This document shows positions 40,959 to 51,564 of a stretch of DNA of 64,000 nt, piece by piece; the stretch's first letter is position 1; every line of letters starts with the position of its first letter. The notes under the pieces are model-generated. The model made no database searches. It had not been told where the DNA came from and worked only from the letters and a program-made list of their open reading frames with translations. The position numbers and the translations under genes are program-made. Origin of the DNA: Gammaproteobacteria bacterium (GTDB taxonomy: Bacteria; Pseudomonadota; Gammaproteobacteria; GCA-001735895); contig JBNKUM010000085.1 in assembly GCA_050298595.1 (NCBI GenBank), positions 96,001-160,000 of the forward strand, read 5' to 3'.

Positions 40959-42290
40959 CTACGATAACCTAAACCCGACAGACTCCTGGCTCGCCATCAA
41001 TGCTTCAATATCCTTTACACTGCTAGGCACCCCAGCGGTCAGCACTTCATGCCCTTTTGGCGTTACCAGAACATCATCTTCAATACGAATACCGATATCC
41101 CACCATTTACGATGCACCCCTTTACTCTGAGCAGGGATATAGATACCCGGTTCAACGGTCAGAACCATCCCCGGCTCCAGTAAACGCCATTGATCACCCA
41201 CTTTATAGTCCCCAACATCGTGCACATCGAGCCCTAACCAGTGCCCCGTGCGATGCATGTAAAAACGTCGGCAAGCATGTTCTTTCAACAGCTTGGGCAG
41301 CGTACCTTTGAGTATCTTAAGCTCCAGCAAACCTTTGGTAATGACACGTACTGCTGCATTATGCGGATCGTTCCAGTGATTCCCTGGCATTACCTTTTTA
41401 ATTGCCGCCTGTTGCGCCTGTAAAACAATTTCATAAACATCTCTCTGCGCCGAAGAAAACTTCCCATTTACAGGGAAAGTTCGTGTGATATCGGAAGCAT
41501 AACCATCAACCTCACAACCGGCATCGATTAGCAATAAATCACCATCTTTCAGAGCATCGGTATTTTCAGTGTAATGCAGAATGCAGCCATTGCGCCCACC
41601 ACCCACTATCGGTGGATAGGCATGCTCTGCTCCATTTCGACTGAATTCATAGTTATATTCTGCTTCGATACTGTACTCAAACAGTCCCGGCTTACAAGCT
41701 TGCATAGCCTTTGTATGAGCCGCAACGCTAATTTTCGCCGCCTTTTTCATCGCACTTAGCTCAGCGCGGCTCTTATACAAACGCATATCGTGCAAAAGAT
41801 GGTCTAGCGAAACGAATTCGTAGGGTACATGTACACCGGAACGCGATTGCGCCTTAATTTGATTCACCCACCCCATCAGCCGTGCATCAAACTCCGGATA
41901 ACGCCCCATCACCTGAAAAACCTTTTCTCGATCCTCCAGTAGCCCCGGCAGAATATCGTCGATATCATCAATGGGGAAAGAGTCATCAGCACCATATTGC
42001 TCAATCGCACCCTGCTGGCCTGCACGGCGGCCGTGCCAGGTTTCCTGCTCAGGGTCATTTTCACGGCAAAACAGGATGAATTCTCCGTGCTTACGCCCAG
42101 GTACAAGCACCAGTACCGAATCGGGTTCTCTAAAACCAGTTAAATACAGAAAATCACTATCCTGACGAAACGGGTATTCGACATCGCGATTTCTAACCTG
42201 TGAGGACGCCGAAGAAACGATAGCTATGCTGCCTTTACCGATCATCTTCATTAACTGTGCACGACGGCGCTTAAATTCACTTGCATTCAT
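40959..42290 (-). CDS. pepP: Xaa-Pro aminopeptidase
   Basis: RQDSDFLYLTG, LLIDAG, DITRTFP, GHWLGLDVHD, TVEPGIY and GIRIEDD motifs. Confidence 0.96.
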   Translation of the reverse strand: MNASEFKRRRAQLMKMIGKGSIAIVSSASSQVRNRDVEYPFRQDSDFLYLTGFREPDSVLVLVPGRKHGEFILFCRENDPEQETWHGRRAGQQGAIEQYGADDSFPIDDIDDILPGLLEDREKVFQVMGRYPEFDARLMGWVNQIKAQSRSGVHVPYEFVSLDHLLHDMRLYKSRAELSAMKKAAKISVAAHTKAMQACKPGLFEYSIEAEYNYEFSRNGAEHAYPPIVGGGRNGCILHYTENTDALKDGDLLLIDAGCEVDGYASDITRTFPVNGKFSSAQRDVYEIVLQAQQAAIKKVMPGNHWNDPHNAAVRVITKGLLELKILKGTLPKLLKEHACRRFYMHRTGHWLGLDVHDVGDYKVGDQWRLLEPGMVLTVEPGIYIPAQSKGVHRKWWDIGIRIEDDVLVTPKGHEVLTAGVPSSVKDIEALMASQESVGFRLS

Positions 42291-42292
42291 TA

Positions 42293-42835
42293 TTAATGGA
42301 CCTGTGTGTTCACTGCTATAGGATTCATCTCTTCATTCATAAAAATCACCGACAACCGAACATGTTCGACTACCTCTGCATAAACCGTTTCCGCGTCATC
42401 CGTTTCTTCCTCATCGTGACTCAATTGACTGATCTGAAGTAGATCATCCATGCATTCCCGCCCCTGCTCAGACAGATTGTTCAATCTGGCCTCGCCATTT
42501 ACCGCCAGGCCATAAAGATACCCCTGACACCAGCTACCCAGTCCCAGCAAGCGCAGGGCAAACTCCTGATCCTCATCGGGCAGCAATAACTCGAATGTCA
42601 TATCATCCGAATTTAACTGTACCTTAGTTTGATTAAATAATTCCTGTAGTATTTCTAGCGACTCTTTGGCTAGCAGGTCATTCGGGTCGGGAAGCTTTTC
42701 TAGCGTAAACCCTAACCAACGAGCAAAATCATCCCCGCCCAGTAATAAACCACATAAAGTACCGTGGGCTTCGGCTGCGTCGGTCATTGCATCCAGTTGC
42801 TGCAAACTATTTTGTACCTGATCAAAATCTATCAT
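42293..42835 (-). CDS. ygfB: UPF0149 family protein (YgfB)
   Basis: AEAHGTLCG, LLLPD, WCQGYLYG and EVVEHVR motifs; upstream of pepP. Confidence 0.9.
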   Translation of the reverse strand: MIDFDQVQNSLQQLDAMTDAAEAHGTLCGLLLGGDDFARWLGFTLEKLPDPNDLLAKESLEILQELFNQTKVQLNSDDMTFELLLPDEDQEFALRLLGLGSWCQGYLYGLAVNGEARLNNLSEQGRECMDDLLQISQLSHDEEETDDAETVYAEVVEHVRLSVIFMNEEMNPIAVNTQVH

Positions 42836-43003
42836 TGTGTAAATTCAACTTGTTCGTATAATTTTCGCATTCTATCACCCGGGTATGCTTTTCTCATTAG
42901 TACCAGGCCTGAAGTGGCTCTGTTTAATGATAAATCAGAATCCTGATGATTATGGATTATAATCAGCTGTTGACAGTTAATCTTTCATCCCCAAAAATGC
43001 GCT

Positions 43004-43234
43004 ATGGATTCAGATAATAAAGCTTTTACAGAATCAGACCTGCTCAAACTGGAAAATCAGATCGATGCCCTGATTGATACCGTTAGCCAACTGAAGCAGG
43101 AAAACAGTAACCTCCGCCACCAGCAGGACAGCCTGATGTCTGAGCGATCCCAATTGATAGAAAAAACCGAGTTAGCGCGCAGCCGCGTTGAAGCGATGAT
43201 CACTCGCCTCAGATCTCTGGAATTACATTCATGA
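43004..43234 (+). CDS. ZapB-like coiled-coil protein (TIGR02449-type)
   Basis: L..EN..LR...ER..L.EK...AR.RVEAMI.RL pattern; precedes zapA. Confidence 0.88.
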   Translation: MDSDNKAFTESDLLKLENQIDALIDTVSQLKQENSNLRHQQDSLMSERSQLIEKTELARSRVEAMITRLRSLELHS

Positions 43235-43542
43235 GCAAACCATTAGCGATTAATATCTCCATTCTGGATAAAGAATACAAGATTGCCTGCCCATCTGGTG
43301 AACAACCAGCACTACTGGCATCGGCTGAATATCTGGACAGCAAGATGCGAGAAGTACGTGATAGTGGAAGCATTATTGGCTCGGAAAGGATTGCAGTAAT
43401 AACCGCACTAAACATTGCACATGAGCTTTTAAACTCCAGCCAGCAGAGCGACAAACTTGACAAGGGCCTGTCTCCGCGCCTTAAAAATCTGGAAATCAAG
43501 ATCAGTGATGCCTTGCAGAAAGTGCGCCAGCTTGAAATCTAA
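43231..43542 (+). CDS. zapA: Cell division protein ZapA
   Basis: ILDKEY.IACP and ERIAVITALNIAHELL motifs. Confidence 0.95.
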   Translation: MSKPLAINISILDKEYKIACPSGEQPALLASAEYLDSKMREVRDSGSIIGSERIAVITALNIAHELLNSSQQSDKLDKGLSPRLKNLEIKISDALQKVRQLEI

Positions 43543-43671
43543 CCCACCAATTAACTCTAATTATGCGCTTGCCCCGCAAATTTTATAAATTTAATTTGAC
43601 ACTCAGGGTCATAAAAAAAATCTACAACATAGCCGGTGCAATTATTTTAGAAGTGTCGTATAGTTTATTAA

Positions 43672-43851
43672 ACCAACTGCGGTGTTAGTTAGCTTCTATA
43701 AGATCCTTGAGCCTAATTATCAACTTCGGGGCGATCAGTGTCATACTGGTGTGCATGCCCGAGATTTTTCGGGAAGCCTGATGGATGCCCTCTTGCCCCA
43801 CCTGAACCTTCTGGTTCAAGGTTGATAGTCTGCGACGGCATCGCGGTTGGT
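43672..43851 (+). ncRNA. ssrS: 6S RNA
   Basis: Lies between zapA and the 5-FTHF cyclo-ligase gene; about 180 nt; pairing ends ACCAACTGCGGTGT..GCATCGCGGTTGGT; TCCTTGAGCC and CTGAACC..GGTTCAAG elements. Confidence 0.9.
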
Positions 43852-43875
43852 ATTTTCTCCTTCTAATAATAAAGT

Positions 43876-44460
43876 ATGCTGCCGCAACAGATTCGCCAAC
43901 ATTACCGCCGTCTACGTAAAAACCTCTCTTACCTGGAACAGCAGTCCAACGCTCAGCGCCTGGCTGACAATATCAATGATTACCTGGGTAATTATAAGCG
44001 CTATAAGATTGCCGCTTATCTGGCTGTGCAGGGAGAGATTTCTTTAGCAAACTGGATGGCATCGCAATTGCTGCATAGTATTTATCTTCCAAAACTCTAC
44101 GAACCCATTCAGCCGAATTTACGTTTTGCCCCATTAACCGAGCAAACTGCCTGGGTTAAAAATCGATTTAACATCATAGAACCTAAAGCTCACTGGGGTG
44201 AGACACTGCACTCCAGAGAACTGGATATCATCCTGATGCCGTTAGTGGCCTTCGACAGGTCTGGAAATAGAATGGGTATGGGAGCCGGCTATTATGATCG
44301 AGCGCTCGCATTTAAACGCGCTCGTCAACACTATACTAAACCCATTCTTATCGGGGTGGCTCATAGCATACAGGAGCACCCGGAATTAATAAGCAATAAA
44401 TGGGACATAGGCATGGATTACATTATCACCGAAAAAGAGGTTATTCAGCCAACCACCTGA
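43876..44460 (+). CDS. ygfA: 5-formyltetrahydrofolate cyclo-ligase
   Basis: NRFNIIEP and PLVAFD..GNRMGMGAGYYDR motifs. Confidence 0.95.
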   Translation: MLPQQIRQHYRRLRKNLSYLEQQSNAQRLADNINDYLGNYKRYKIAAYLAVQGEISLANWMASQLLHSIYLPKLYEPIQPNLRFAPLTEQTAWVKNRFNIIEPKAHWGETLHSRELDIILMPLVAFDRSGNRMGMGAGYYDRALAFKRARQHYTKPILIGVAHSIQEHPELISNKWDIGMDYIITEKEVIQPTT

Positions 44461-44473
44461 CCTTTGAAAACGC

Positions 44474-45997
44474 TTATTGCAGGAATAAGCGATAGGCTGA
44501 GTTATCACTTTCATCCCAATAAGGAAACTCCAGTGACGCAAGGCAATGCCTGAATTCCTGATATTCAGCCCTATCCACCTGTATACCCATCAGGACACGA
44601 CCATAGTCTGCGCCATGATTTCTATAGTGAAAAAGGCTGATATTCCAACGCCTGCCAATCTCTGAGAGAAACTTTAATAACGCGCCAGGCTTTTCCGGGA
44701 ACTGAAAACGGTAAAGCAGCTCATTATCGACCCCAGGACCTGGATGGCCACCGACCATATAACGCGTATGCAGTTTGGCAACCTCGTTATCGGTCATATC
44801 CTCGACCAGATAATTCCTGTCCGTCAAATGCTTGATAATCTGCTCTTTTTCTTCAATACCCCGAGATAACTGTATCCCCGCAAACACTCTTGCCTTTTTC
44901 GAGTCGGCATATCGATAATTGAATTCGGTAATCTGACGCTTGCCAATAATCTGGCAAAACTGCTTAAAACTGCCTGGCTTTTCTGGAATTTCTACAGCAA
45001 TTAAAGCTTCGCGCTGCTCACCAATCTCCGCACGCTCAGAAACATGGCGCAAACGATCAAAGTTCATATTGGCGCCACTATTGATAGCGACCAATGTTTT
45101 ACCTGATAGCTTTTTCTTCTCCACATACTTTTTCAACCCGGCCAAAGACACTGCCCCAGCAGGTTCACAGATTGCACGAGTATTATCATAGGTATCCTTG
45201 ATTGCTGCACAGATTTGATCAGTCGAAACCGTCATCACTTCATCAACCAGATTGCGGATCATTTTAAAAGTATTCTGGCCAACCTGACGCACTGCAACAC
45301 CATCAGCAAATATACCGACTTCATTTAGGCACACTCGTCGTTTTGCTTTCATCGCGGCATACAGGCACGCCGCATCTTCAGGCTCCACACCTATCACTTT
45401 GATAGAAGGTTTGACGGCTTTTATAAATCCAACAATACCGGCGAGCAAACCACCACCACCTACCGGCACAAATATCGCATCGATGTTATCGGGGTTCTGA
45501 CGAATTATTTCATGCGCAATGGTCGCCTGACCGGCCATCACATCAATATCGTCATATGGATGAATAAAAGATAAACTTTCCTGTTCGGCCAATTCCAGTG
45601 AGTGCTCATAAGCCTCATCAAAATTCTCCCCGAACAAAACCGTTTTTGCACCGCGTGATTTTACTGCATTGACCTTAATAGTCGGCGTTGTTGCTGGCAT
45701 AACAATCACCGCCTGCATATTTAACTTGTTAGCTGCCAGCGCCACCCCCTGAGCATGATTCCCTGCTGAAGCTGCAATCACGCCTTTTAAATCAGGGTTT
45801 TGTCGCTTCATCTGATAGGCTTTATTAAATGCACCACGCAATTTAAAAGAAAAAACGGGCTGCAAATCCTCCCTTTTCAACAACACCTCATTATTCAATC
45901 TCAGTGATAGCTCTGGCATAGGATCCAATGGCGTTTCATTAGCCACATCATAGACTCGGGCAGTGAGCACTTTTTCGAGAAATTTAGCAGGTGTCAT
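44474..45997 (-). CDS. ilvA: Biosynthetic threonine ammonia-lyase
   Basis: KREDLQPVFSFKLRGA, SAGNHAQG and GGGGL motifs; two C-terminal ACT-like domains. Confidence 0.97.
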   Translation of the reverse strand: MTPAKFLEKVLTARVYDVANETPLDPMPELSLRLNNEVLLKREDLQPVFSFKLRGAFNKAYQMKRQNPDLKGVIAASAGNHAQGVALAANKLNMQAVIVMPATTPTIKVNAVKSRGAKTVLFGENFDEAYEHSLELAEQESLSFIHPYDDIDVMAGQATIAHEIIRQNPDNIDAIFVPVGGGGLLAGIVGFIKAVKPSIKVIGVEPEDAACLYAAMKAKRRVCLNEVGIFADGVAVRQVGQNTFKMIRNLVDEVMTVSTDQICAAIKDTYDNTRAICEPAGAVSLAGLKKYVEKKKLSGKTLVAINSGANMNFDRLRHVSERAEIGEQREALIAVEIPEKPGSFKQFCQIIGKRQITEFNYRYADSKKARVFAGIQLSRGIEEKEQIIKHLTDRNYLVEDMTDNEVAKLHTRYMVGGHPGPGVDNELLYRFQFPEKPGALLKFLSEIGRRWNISLFHYRNHGADYGRVLMGIQVDRAEYQEFRHCLASLEFPYWDESDNSAYRLFLQ

Positions 45998-46177
45998 GGA
46001 GTAACCTCAAATAACGATCTGGCATTATCAGGAAACACTTGTAATTAGGCAATAGCCGCGGCCTTAAGATTCAGAATGAACAGGTTGTGTAAAACTTACC
46101 TCATGATTCCTGATTACCGATGACATTTCCCACCGCTATCGTTACTATTCACATTTTTATAATAAGGTTATAAATTT

Positions 46178-46840
46178 ATGGATGCTGACGCTAAAAAGAA
46201 AATGGCTGCACAGGCTGCTCTGGATTATGTGATACCCGGCACGATAATAGGCGTGGGTACCGGCTCCACGGTCAACCACTTTATCGACGCCCTGGCTGAA
46301 AAAATGAAAACCGCTGTCGAGGCTGCGGTATCCAGTTCTGAAGCCTCAACAGAGCGACTCAAGCAGCACGGCATTCCAGTCATTGATTTAAATTCAGCCG
46401 GGCAACTTTCCATTTACGTGGATGGCGCTGATGAATCAAATCGACAACTGCATCTGATAAAAGGTGGTGGTGGCGCACTCACCCGTGAGAAAATTGTCGC
46501 TGCCGCCAGTGACACCTTCGTTTGTATTGCGGACGAAAGTAAACTGGTCGATCACCTTGGCGCATTTCCATTACCGGTTGAAGTTATCCCTATGGCCAGA
46601 AGTCTGGTTGCTCGAGAACTGACCAAGCTCGGCGGACAACCCAAATGGCGGGAAAACTTTGTAACCGATAATGGCAATGACATACTCGATGTGCACAATT
46701 TAAAAATTATGGACCCGATGAAAATTGAGACACTGATTAATCAGATTGCTGGTGTTGTAACCGTTGGCATTTTTGCTCATCGCCCGGCCGACGTCCTGCT
46801 ACTAGGCGGTGACAATGGTATTACCACAATAAAACCCTGA
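46178..46840 (+). CDS. rpiA: Ribose-5-phosphate isomerase A
   Basis: GVGTGST, DGADE and [11 protein letters not shown] motifs. Confidence 0.98.
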   Translation: MDADAKKKMAAQAALDYVIPGTIIGVGTGSTVNHFIDALAEKMKTAVEAAVSSSEASTERLKQHGIPVIDLNSAGQLSIYVDGADESNRQLHLIKGGGGALTREKIVAAASDTFVCIADESKLVDHLGAFPLPVEVIPMARSLVARELTKLGGQPKWRENFVTDNGNDILDVHNLKIMDPMKIETLINQIAGVVTVGIFAHRPADVLLLGGDNGITTIKP

Positions 46841-46845
46841 ATAAC

Positions 46846-46881
46846 AAAAGCCCCCCTGACCCGACCTGCGGGGGCTTTTTT
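46846..46881. terminator. Bidirectional intrinsic terminator
   Basis: AAAAGCCCCC..GGGGGCTTTTTT between convergent rpiA and rhodanese genes. Confidence 0.8.
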
Positions 46882-46894
46882 AGAATAAAACCAT

Positions 46895-47602
46895 CTATTC
46901 TTCCGGCACCACAACCGTCAGACCCAGTGACTGCCAGGCCTGCATACCACCGCGATAGTAATATAGTTTCTCGGCTGGATAGCCTAACTTCAATAACCCT
47001 TGTAGAGCATGTGGGGACTGAGCACACCACATGCCGTTGCACCAAAGCATCAGCTTCTTGACATTGGTAAAATCCCATTCATCATTTTTCTGGTTTCCAC
47101 CCAATAAACCCAGGGTTTCAATACTACGCGTAAAGTCGCTAACATCTCCGCGTCTTTTTGCACCTAATTCGTGCATAGTTTCTATCAGCAGCGGGTCATC
47201 TCTATCCAGTGTAAATACTGTAAATGGAATATTCACTGAACCAGGGATAGTACCTCGCTTCCACCAGGCAGGAGTTCTCGCATCAATAATTACCCCAGTC
47301 CCATCCAGCAATTCATGCTCCATAAAATCAAACATCTCAAGCTGACCGACCGTTGTGACCCCGTCACCAGCAGACATTGGCTGTATACAGAAGGGCGGGC
47401 ATTTGCGTGATGTCCTGGCAAACCCACCCTCAAGAATATGATCCTGATCTTGAATACGTTCGATTTTAATCAGCTTGCTTTGATGGATGACCTCAACAAA
47501 TTCCTTGTCAGGGGTAAGTTTGACATCTAGCGCCTGGACACTTGCAACTGAAGTTATAGATACAAGTAGAAACAACCATTTAGTTATTGAGTACCTCATC
47601 AT
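46895..47602 (-). CDS. Periplasmic rhodanese-like sulfurtransferase
   Basis: Signal peptide; CPPFCIQP, DARTP, TIPGSVNIP, WCNGMWCAQS and YRGGMQAW motifs. Confidence 0.88.
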   Translation of the reverse strand: MMRYSITKWLFLLVSITSVASVQALDVKLTPDKEFVEVIHQSKLIKIERIQDQDHILEGGFARTSRKCPPFCIQPMSAGDGVTTVGQLEMFDFMEHELLDGTGVIIDARTPAWWKRGTIPGSVNIPFTVFTLDRDDPLLIETMHELGAKRRGDVSDFTRSIETLGLLGGNQKNDEWDFTNVKKLMLWCNGMWCAQSPHALQGLLKLGYPAEKLYYYRGGMQAWQSLGLTVVVPEE

Positions 47603-47973
47603 TTTTTGCTCACCTTTTGAATTATATCTCGCACCGAATCTGGATCCGGATTTCCCTGATAAGACGCGTAAACTTCGTCTTTCTGGCCATTATTGAGGCG
47701 CTTATAAAACAGATAACTACCTATATAGTTTTGCTGCAGGACTTTTTCAAACTGTTCAATGGTTAATCCGCTAACCAATCTACCGGGTGAACCGCCTGAG
47801 TCCAATTTACTAGCAACAGTCTTTGAAACACTGCTCGTAGAGCCAGCCTTTGTTTGCTTATCCAGAGTTACGCTTTCAGCTTCCCCCTTCAGCGACTTTA
47901 AATAATCTGCATTTGACTGGGCCACAGCAGAACCCACAACAAACCCCAGAGCGACAAATAGCATAAAGCGCAC
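47599..47973 (-). CDS. Exported hypothetical protein
   Basis: Signal peptide (..SAVA-Q); its stop overlaps the rhodanese start; GTG follows AGGAAAGGGA. Confidence 0.7.
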   Translation of the reverse strand: MRFMLFVALGFVVGSAVAQSNADYLKSLKGEAESVTLDKQTKAGSTSSVSKTVASKLDSGGSPGRLVSGLTIEQFEKVLQQNYIGSYLFYKRLNNGQKDEVYASYQGNPDPDSVRDIIQKVSKK

Positions 47974-48107
47974 ACTCCCTTTCCTCAAGCACATGTCCAA
48001 AGTTACACTCAACAAGTAAACACCTTTTTTTATTTTTATGGGAATAATACCAGCCCATTTTTATAGATTTTGTGGCTTTTAATAATTTTTTTTACTTTGA
48101 TAAATTC

Positions 48108-48136
48108 AGATTAGTCGCTTGCCAGGCCTGTGTCAA
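48108..48136 (-). promoter_or_regulatory. Sigma-70 promoter for the hypothetical/rhodanese pair
   Basis: TTGACA-N17-TAATCT on the minus strand. Confidence 0.55.
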
Positions 48137-48227
48137 GAAGTCACAGACTCATTAATATCTTTAATTACATAATGTTACATCACCTATTTCGACTTCATAT
48201 TAACAAAATAACAATTTTGACGTGGAC

Positions 48228-48258
48228 AAAAAAAACCCGCTAAAAAGCAGGCTTTTTT
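48228..48258 (-). terminator. Terminator after rpsI
   Basis: AGCCTGCT..AGCGGGTTTTTTTTT on the minus strand. Confidence 0.75.
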
Positions 48259-48283
48259 AGAATAAACAGCTTTAAAAAACTGA

Positions 48284-48676
48284 TTAACGTTTGGAAAACT
48301 GGGTCGCTCTACGAGCTTTTCTTAGACCAACTTTCTTACGTTCAACTTCTCTTGCATCACGAGTAACAAAGCCTTCTTTTCTCAGTGCCGATCTAAATGT
48401 TTCATCATACTGCATCAGGGCACGAGTAATACCCAGGCGAATCGCGCCAGCTTGTCCACTTGGACCACCACCAGAAACATTTACATTAATATCAAACTTT
48501 GAAACCAGATCAACCGTTTCTAATGGCTGGCGAACAACCATACGAGAAGTTTCACGTCCGAAATAATCTTCAATAGATTTTTTGTTGACGGTAATGTTTC
48601 CACTGCCTTCAGTCATATACACACGAGCTGCTGAGCTTTTGCGACGACCTGTTCCGTAATACTGTTCTGCAGACAT
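48284..48676 (-). CDS. rpsI: 30S ribosomal protein S9
   Basis: [18 protein letters not shown] and QFSKR motifs. Confidence 0.99.
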   Translation of the reverse strand: MSAEQYYGTGRRKSSAARVYMTEGSGNITVNKKSIEDYFGRETSRMVVRQPLETVDLVSKFDINVNVSGGGPSGQAGAIRLGITRALMQYDETFRSALRKEGFVTRDAREVERKKVGLRKARRATQFSKR

Positions 48677-48687
48677 ATCTGATTCTC

Positions 48688-49116
48688 TTAAATATCTAGT
48701 ATCTGAGGCTGTTGTGCAGAGTGATTATGATTTTCACCCGCATACACCTTAAGTTTCTTAAACATGGCTCGACCCAGTGGATTCTTTGGCAACATACCTT
48801 TTACAGCAGTTTCCAGAATTCGCTCAGGATGAGTCGCACGTAACTTTGACAGGTTAACAGACTTCAGGTTACCAATGTATCCAGTATGATGATGATACAT
48901 TTTATCCTGCTCTTTATTACCAGTCACTTTCACCTTCTCAGCATTAACCACGACGATATAATCACCTGTGTCTACATGCGGTGTATATTCAGGCTTGTGT
49001 TTACCACGCAGTCTGCGTGCAATTTCAGTCGAAAGACGGCCTAACGTCTTATCTGTAGCATCAACTAGGAACCAGTCACGTTTTACCGATTCGGGTTTTG
49101 CACTAAAGGTTTTCAT
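48688..49116 (-). CDS. rplM: 50S ribosomal protein L13
   Basis: [19 protein letters not shown] and GMLPK motifs. Confidence 0.99.
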   Translation of the reverse strand: MKTFSAKPESVKRDWFLVDATDKTLGRLSTEIARRLRGKHKPEYTPHVDTGDYIVVVNAEKVKVTGNKEQDKMYHHHTGYIGNLKSVNLSKLRATHPERILETAVKGMLPKNPLGRAMFKKLKVYAGENHNHSAQQPQILDI

Positions 49117-49291
49117 AATTTTTCCTAAACTCGCTTAAATGCGTTTGTCTTCTCGAAGAAAGGGCGCGAATACTAACGGATTCATCCGCAATTGACAAGG
49201 TCTATCAAACGCTTTATTCAGATTTTCTCTCTCATTGAGCTGAATCGGCTTGGATAACTAATATTTATTGATTCTGAAGTAAAAAATTGTT

Positions 49292-49386
49292 AAAAAAAGG
49301 CGTGGCTGGTAGGCCACGCCAATACCACCAAAGGAGGATGGAGGAGTTATGCTGGGGAGGCCAAAGGGCGCCTCCTGATTCAGCAT
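49292..49386 (-). ncRNA. Candidate trans-acting sRNA (about 95 nt) with a CUCCUCCAUCCUCCU seed
   Basis: Has its own TTGACA-N17-GATAAT promoter, a 5' stem-loop, a single-stranded CU-rich tract, and an 8-bp GC terminator stem followed by U7. Confidence 0.75.
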
Positions 49387-49392
49387 ATAAGG

Positions 49393-49421
49393 ATTATCTA
49401 ATGCAGATACCTTATTGTCAA
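49393..49421 (-). promoter_or_regulatory. Sigma-70 promoter of the candidate sRNA, overlapped by an imperfect palindrome
   Basis: TTGACA (49421-49416), 17-bp spacer, GATAAT (49398-49393); inverted repeat ATAAGGTATCT..AGATAATCCTTAT. Confidence 0.7.
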
Positions 49422-49584
49422 CCTGGACACTCCCTCATTTGCGCCTACCAGCCCACAGTTAACAAATGTTTTACTTATATCGATAACAATTCATAACCTC
49501 AAACACTTTCGCTCTACTGCGACTTACACTTCCACCCAACCGGATGGACATCCTTAATTCTATAAGTTAAGCATAGAGCCCACT

Positions 49585-50013
49585 TTATTCAGCTGCCCCA
49601 CTTTGGCGAATCTCAAAATCATGGGTAATGACTGCAGTTTTGCCCAGCATCACAGAAGCAGAGCAATATTTCTCGGCAGAAAGGTTTATTGCCTTTTCCA
49701 CCTTGCTTGCATCCAGGTTGTTTCCAGTGACCACAAAGTGCATATGAATCTTTGTGAAAACCTTCGGCTCCACATCTGCGCGCTCATATTCTAGTTCAAG
49801 CTCGCAATTCTCCACCTGCTGCCTGGATTTTTTCAGGATCAAAATAACATCAAAGGAGCTACACCCGCCTAAGCCCAGTATCAACATTTCCATTGGCCGA
49901 ATCCCAAGATTGCGCCCACCAAACTCGGGGGGGCCATCCATCACTACCGCATGACCACTCGCCGATTCCCCGACAAATGTCATGTTATCTAGCCACTTTA
50001 CTTTTGATTTCAT
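49585..50013 (-). CDS. OsmC-family protein (YhfA-like)
   Basis: RPMEM..LGLGGCSS.DV and SAEKYCSAS motifs; divergent from crp. Confidence 0.92.
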   Translation of the reverse strand: MKSKVKWLDNMTFVGESASGHAVVMDGPPEFGGRNLGIRPMEMLILGLGGCSSFDVILILKKSRQQVENCELELEYERADVEPKVFTKIHMHFVVTGNNLDASKVEKAINLSAEKYCSASVMLGKTAVITHDFEIRQSGAAE

Positions 50014-50097
50014 TAATCTCGCCTATTCTCGTCTTGTTAAACAACTGAATTATGGTATGTTATCGTGAATTTAGAATTTATAAAAAAAGGAACTGTT

Positions 50098-50745
50098 GTG
50101 AGCTTAGAGCCTATCCAAAAAATACCACCGACAGAAAACCCCGCCCTGGACAGTTTTCTTAAACATTGCCACCGCAAAACTCTGCCCGCTCGACAAACAA
50201 TCATCCATGCTCGCGATGAATCGCATACATTGTATTACATTATCGATGGCTCGGTTAGCGTGGTCATCGAGGATGAAGACTGCAACGAAATTGTGCTGGC
50301 TTATCTAAACTCGGGTGACTTTTTTGGAGAAATGGGACTTTTTGAAGAAAACCTGAAACGCAGCGCCTGGGTCATCACCCGAACTCAATGTGAAATTGCT
50401 GAAATTCATTACAATCAGTTCATGCAACTAGCCAGAGACACCCCTGAAATTCTGTTCCAACTATCTGCTCAGCTTGCCGCCCGATTACGCAATACCAGTC
50501 GCAAGGTCAGCAACCTGGCGTTTATGGATGTGACAGGTCGTGTAGCAAGAACTTTACTTGATCTGGCCAAACAGCCAGACGCTATGACCCATCCTGACGG
50601 CATGCAAATCAAGGTTACACGTCAGGAAATTGCAAAGATTGTGGGTTGTTCAAGAGAAATGGCTGGCCGTGTGATCAAGACACTGGAAGAGGACAACCTG
50701 ATCTCTGCTCATGGTAAAACTATAGTAGTTTTTGGTACTCGCTAA
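50098..50745 (+). CDS. crp: cAMP receptor protein (Crp/Vfr)
   Basis: [33 protein letters not shown] and [14 protein letters not shown] motifs. The start is GTG 50098 or 50065. Confidence 0.95.
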   Translation: MSLEPIQKIPPTENPALDSFLKHCHRKTLPARQTIIHARDESHTLYYIIDGSVSVVIEDEDCNEIVLAYLNSGDFFGEMGLFEENLKRSAWVITRTQCEIAEIHYNQFMQLARDTPEILFQLSAQLAARLRNTSRKVSNLAFMDVTGRVARTLLDLAKQPDAMTHPDGMQIKVTRQEIAKIVGCSREMAGRVIKTLEEDNLISAHGKTIVVFGTR

Positions 50746-50760
50746 CGCAATAAGCGCCTT

Positions 50761-51564
50761 CTAAACAGAGAATATTGCAGCCAGTTCGCTTCCAGGATCT
50801 GGCGCTCGCATAAAAGCTTCACCTACTAGAAAAGCATTCACCTGATGACTTCGCATCAAAGCGACATCTGCTTGACTATGAATTCCACTCTCAGTAACCA
50901 CAAAACAATTGTCAGGCACCATACTTAGCATATTGATCGTAGTCTGCAAACTGGTTTCGAAGGTTCGTAGATTTCGATTATTGATGCCAACCATAGGTAG
51001 ATCAATCCGCAAGGCCCGTTCCATTTCCGCCTCATCGTGTACCTCAACCAGTACATCCAGTGATAGCTCTTGCGCGCACTGATAAAGATCCAGTAATTGA
51101 GGCTGATCTAACGCTGCAACAATCAACAGGATACAGTCTGCCTCTAATGCACGCGCCTCATGTATCTGATAGGTATCGATGATAAAGTCCTTGCGAATAA
51201 CCGGTAGAGAACAGGCTGCACGTGCCTGCTGCAGGTATGCATCACTACCCTGGAAAAAATCCACATCGGTTAATACTGAAAGGCAGGCAGCCCCACCTTG
51301 CTGGTAGGACCTGGCTATCTCTGGCGGATTAAAGTCTGGCCGAATGACACCTTTACTGGGTGAGGCCTTTTTAATTTCCGCAATTACCGCTGACTGATTG
51401 CTGGAAATTTTATTTTGAAGCGCATTGACAAAACCTCGCACTGTTGAAGCCTGCTGAATGCGTTGCTGTAACTCATTTATCGAGGTTTGAGATTGACGCT
51501 GAGTTATTTCCTCGACCTTACGTGCGAGAATTTTAGTGAGGATATTAGACACTGGTTTGCTCAA
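50761..51564 (-). CDS. trpC: Indole-3-glycerol phosphate synthase
   Basis: [29 protein letters not shown] and ESGI motifs. Confidence 0.97.
   Translation of the reverse strand: MSKPVSNILTKILARKVEEITQRQSQTSINELQQRIQQASTVRGFVNALQNKISSNQSAVIAEIKKASPSKGVIRPDFNPPEIARSYQQGGAACLSVLTDVDFFQGSDAYLQQARAACSLPVIRKDFIIDTYQIHEARALEADCILLIVAALDQPQLLDLYQCAQELSLDVLVEVHDEAEMERALRIDLPMVGINNRNLRTFETSLQTTINMLSMVPDNCFVVTESGIHSQADVALMRSHQVNAFLVGEAFMRAPDPGSELAAIFSV

Noticed and set aside
49287-49496. 69-aa plus-strand ORF over the candidate sRNA
   Set aside because: TTG start with no RBS and no recognisable motif; the promoter and terminator point to a minus-strand RNA.
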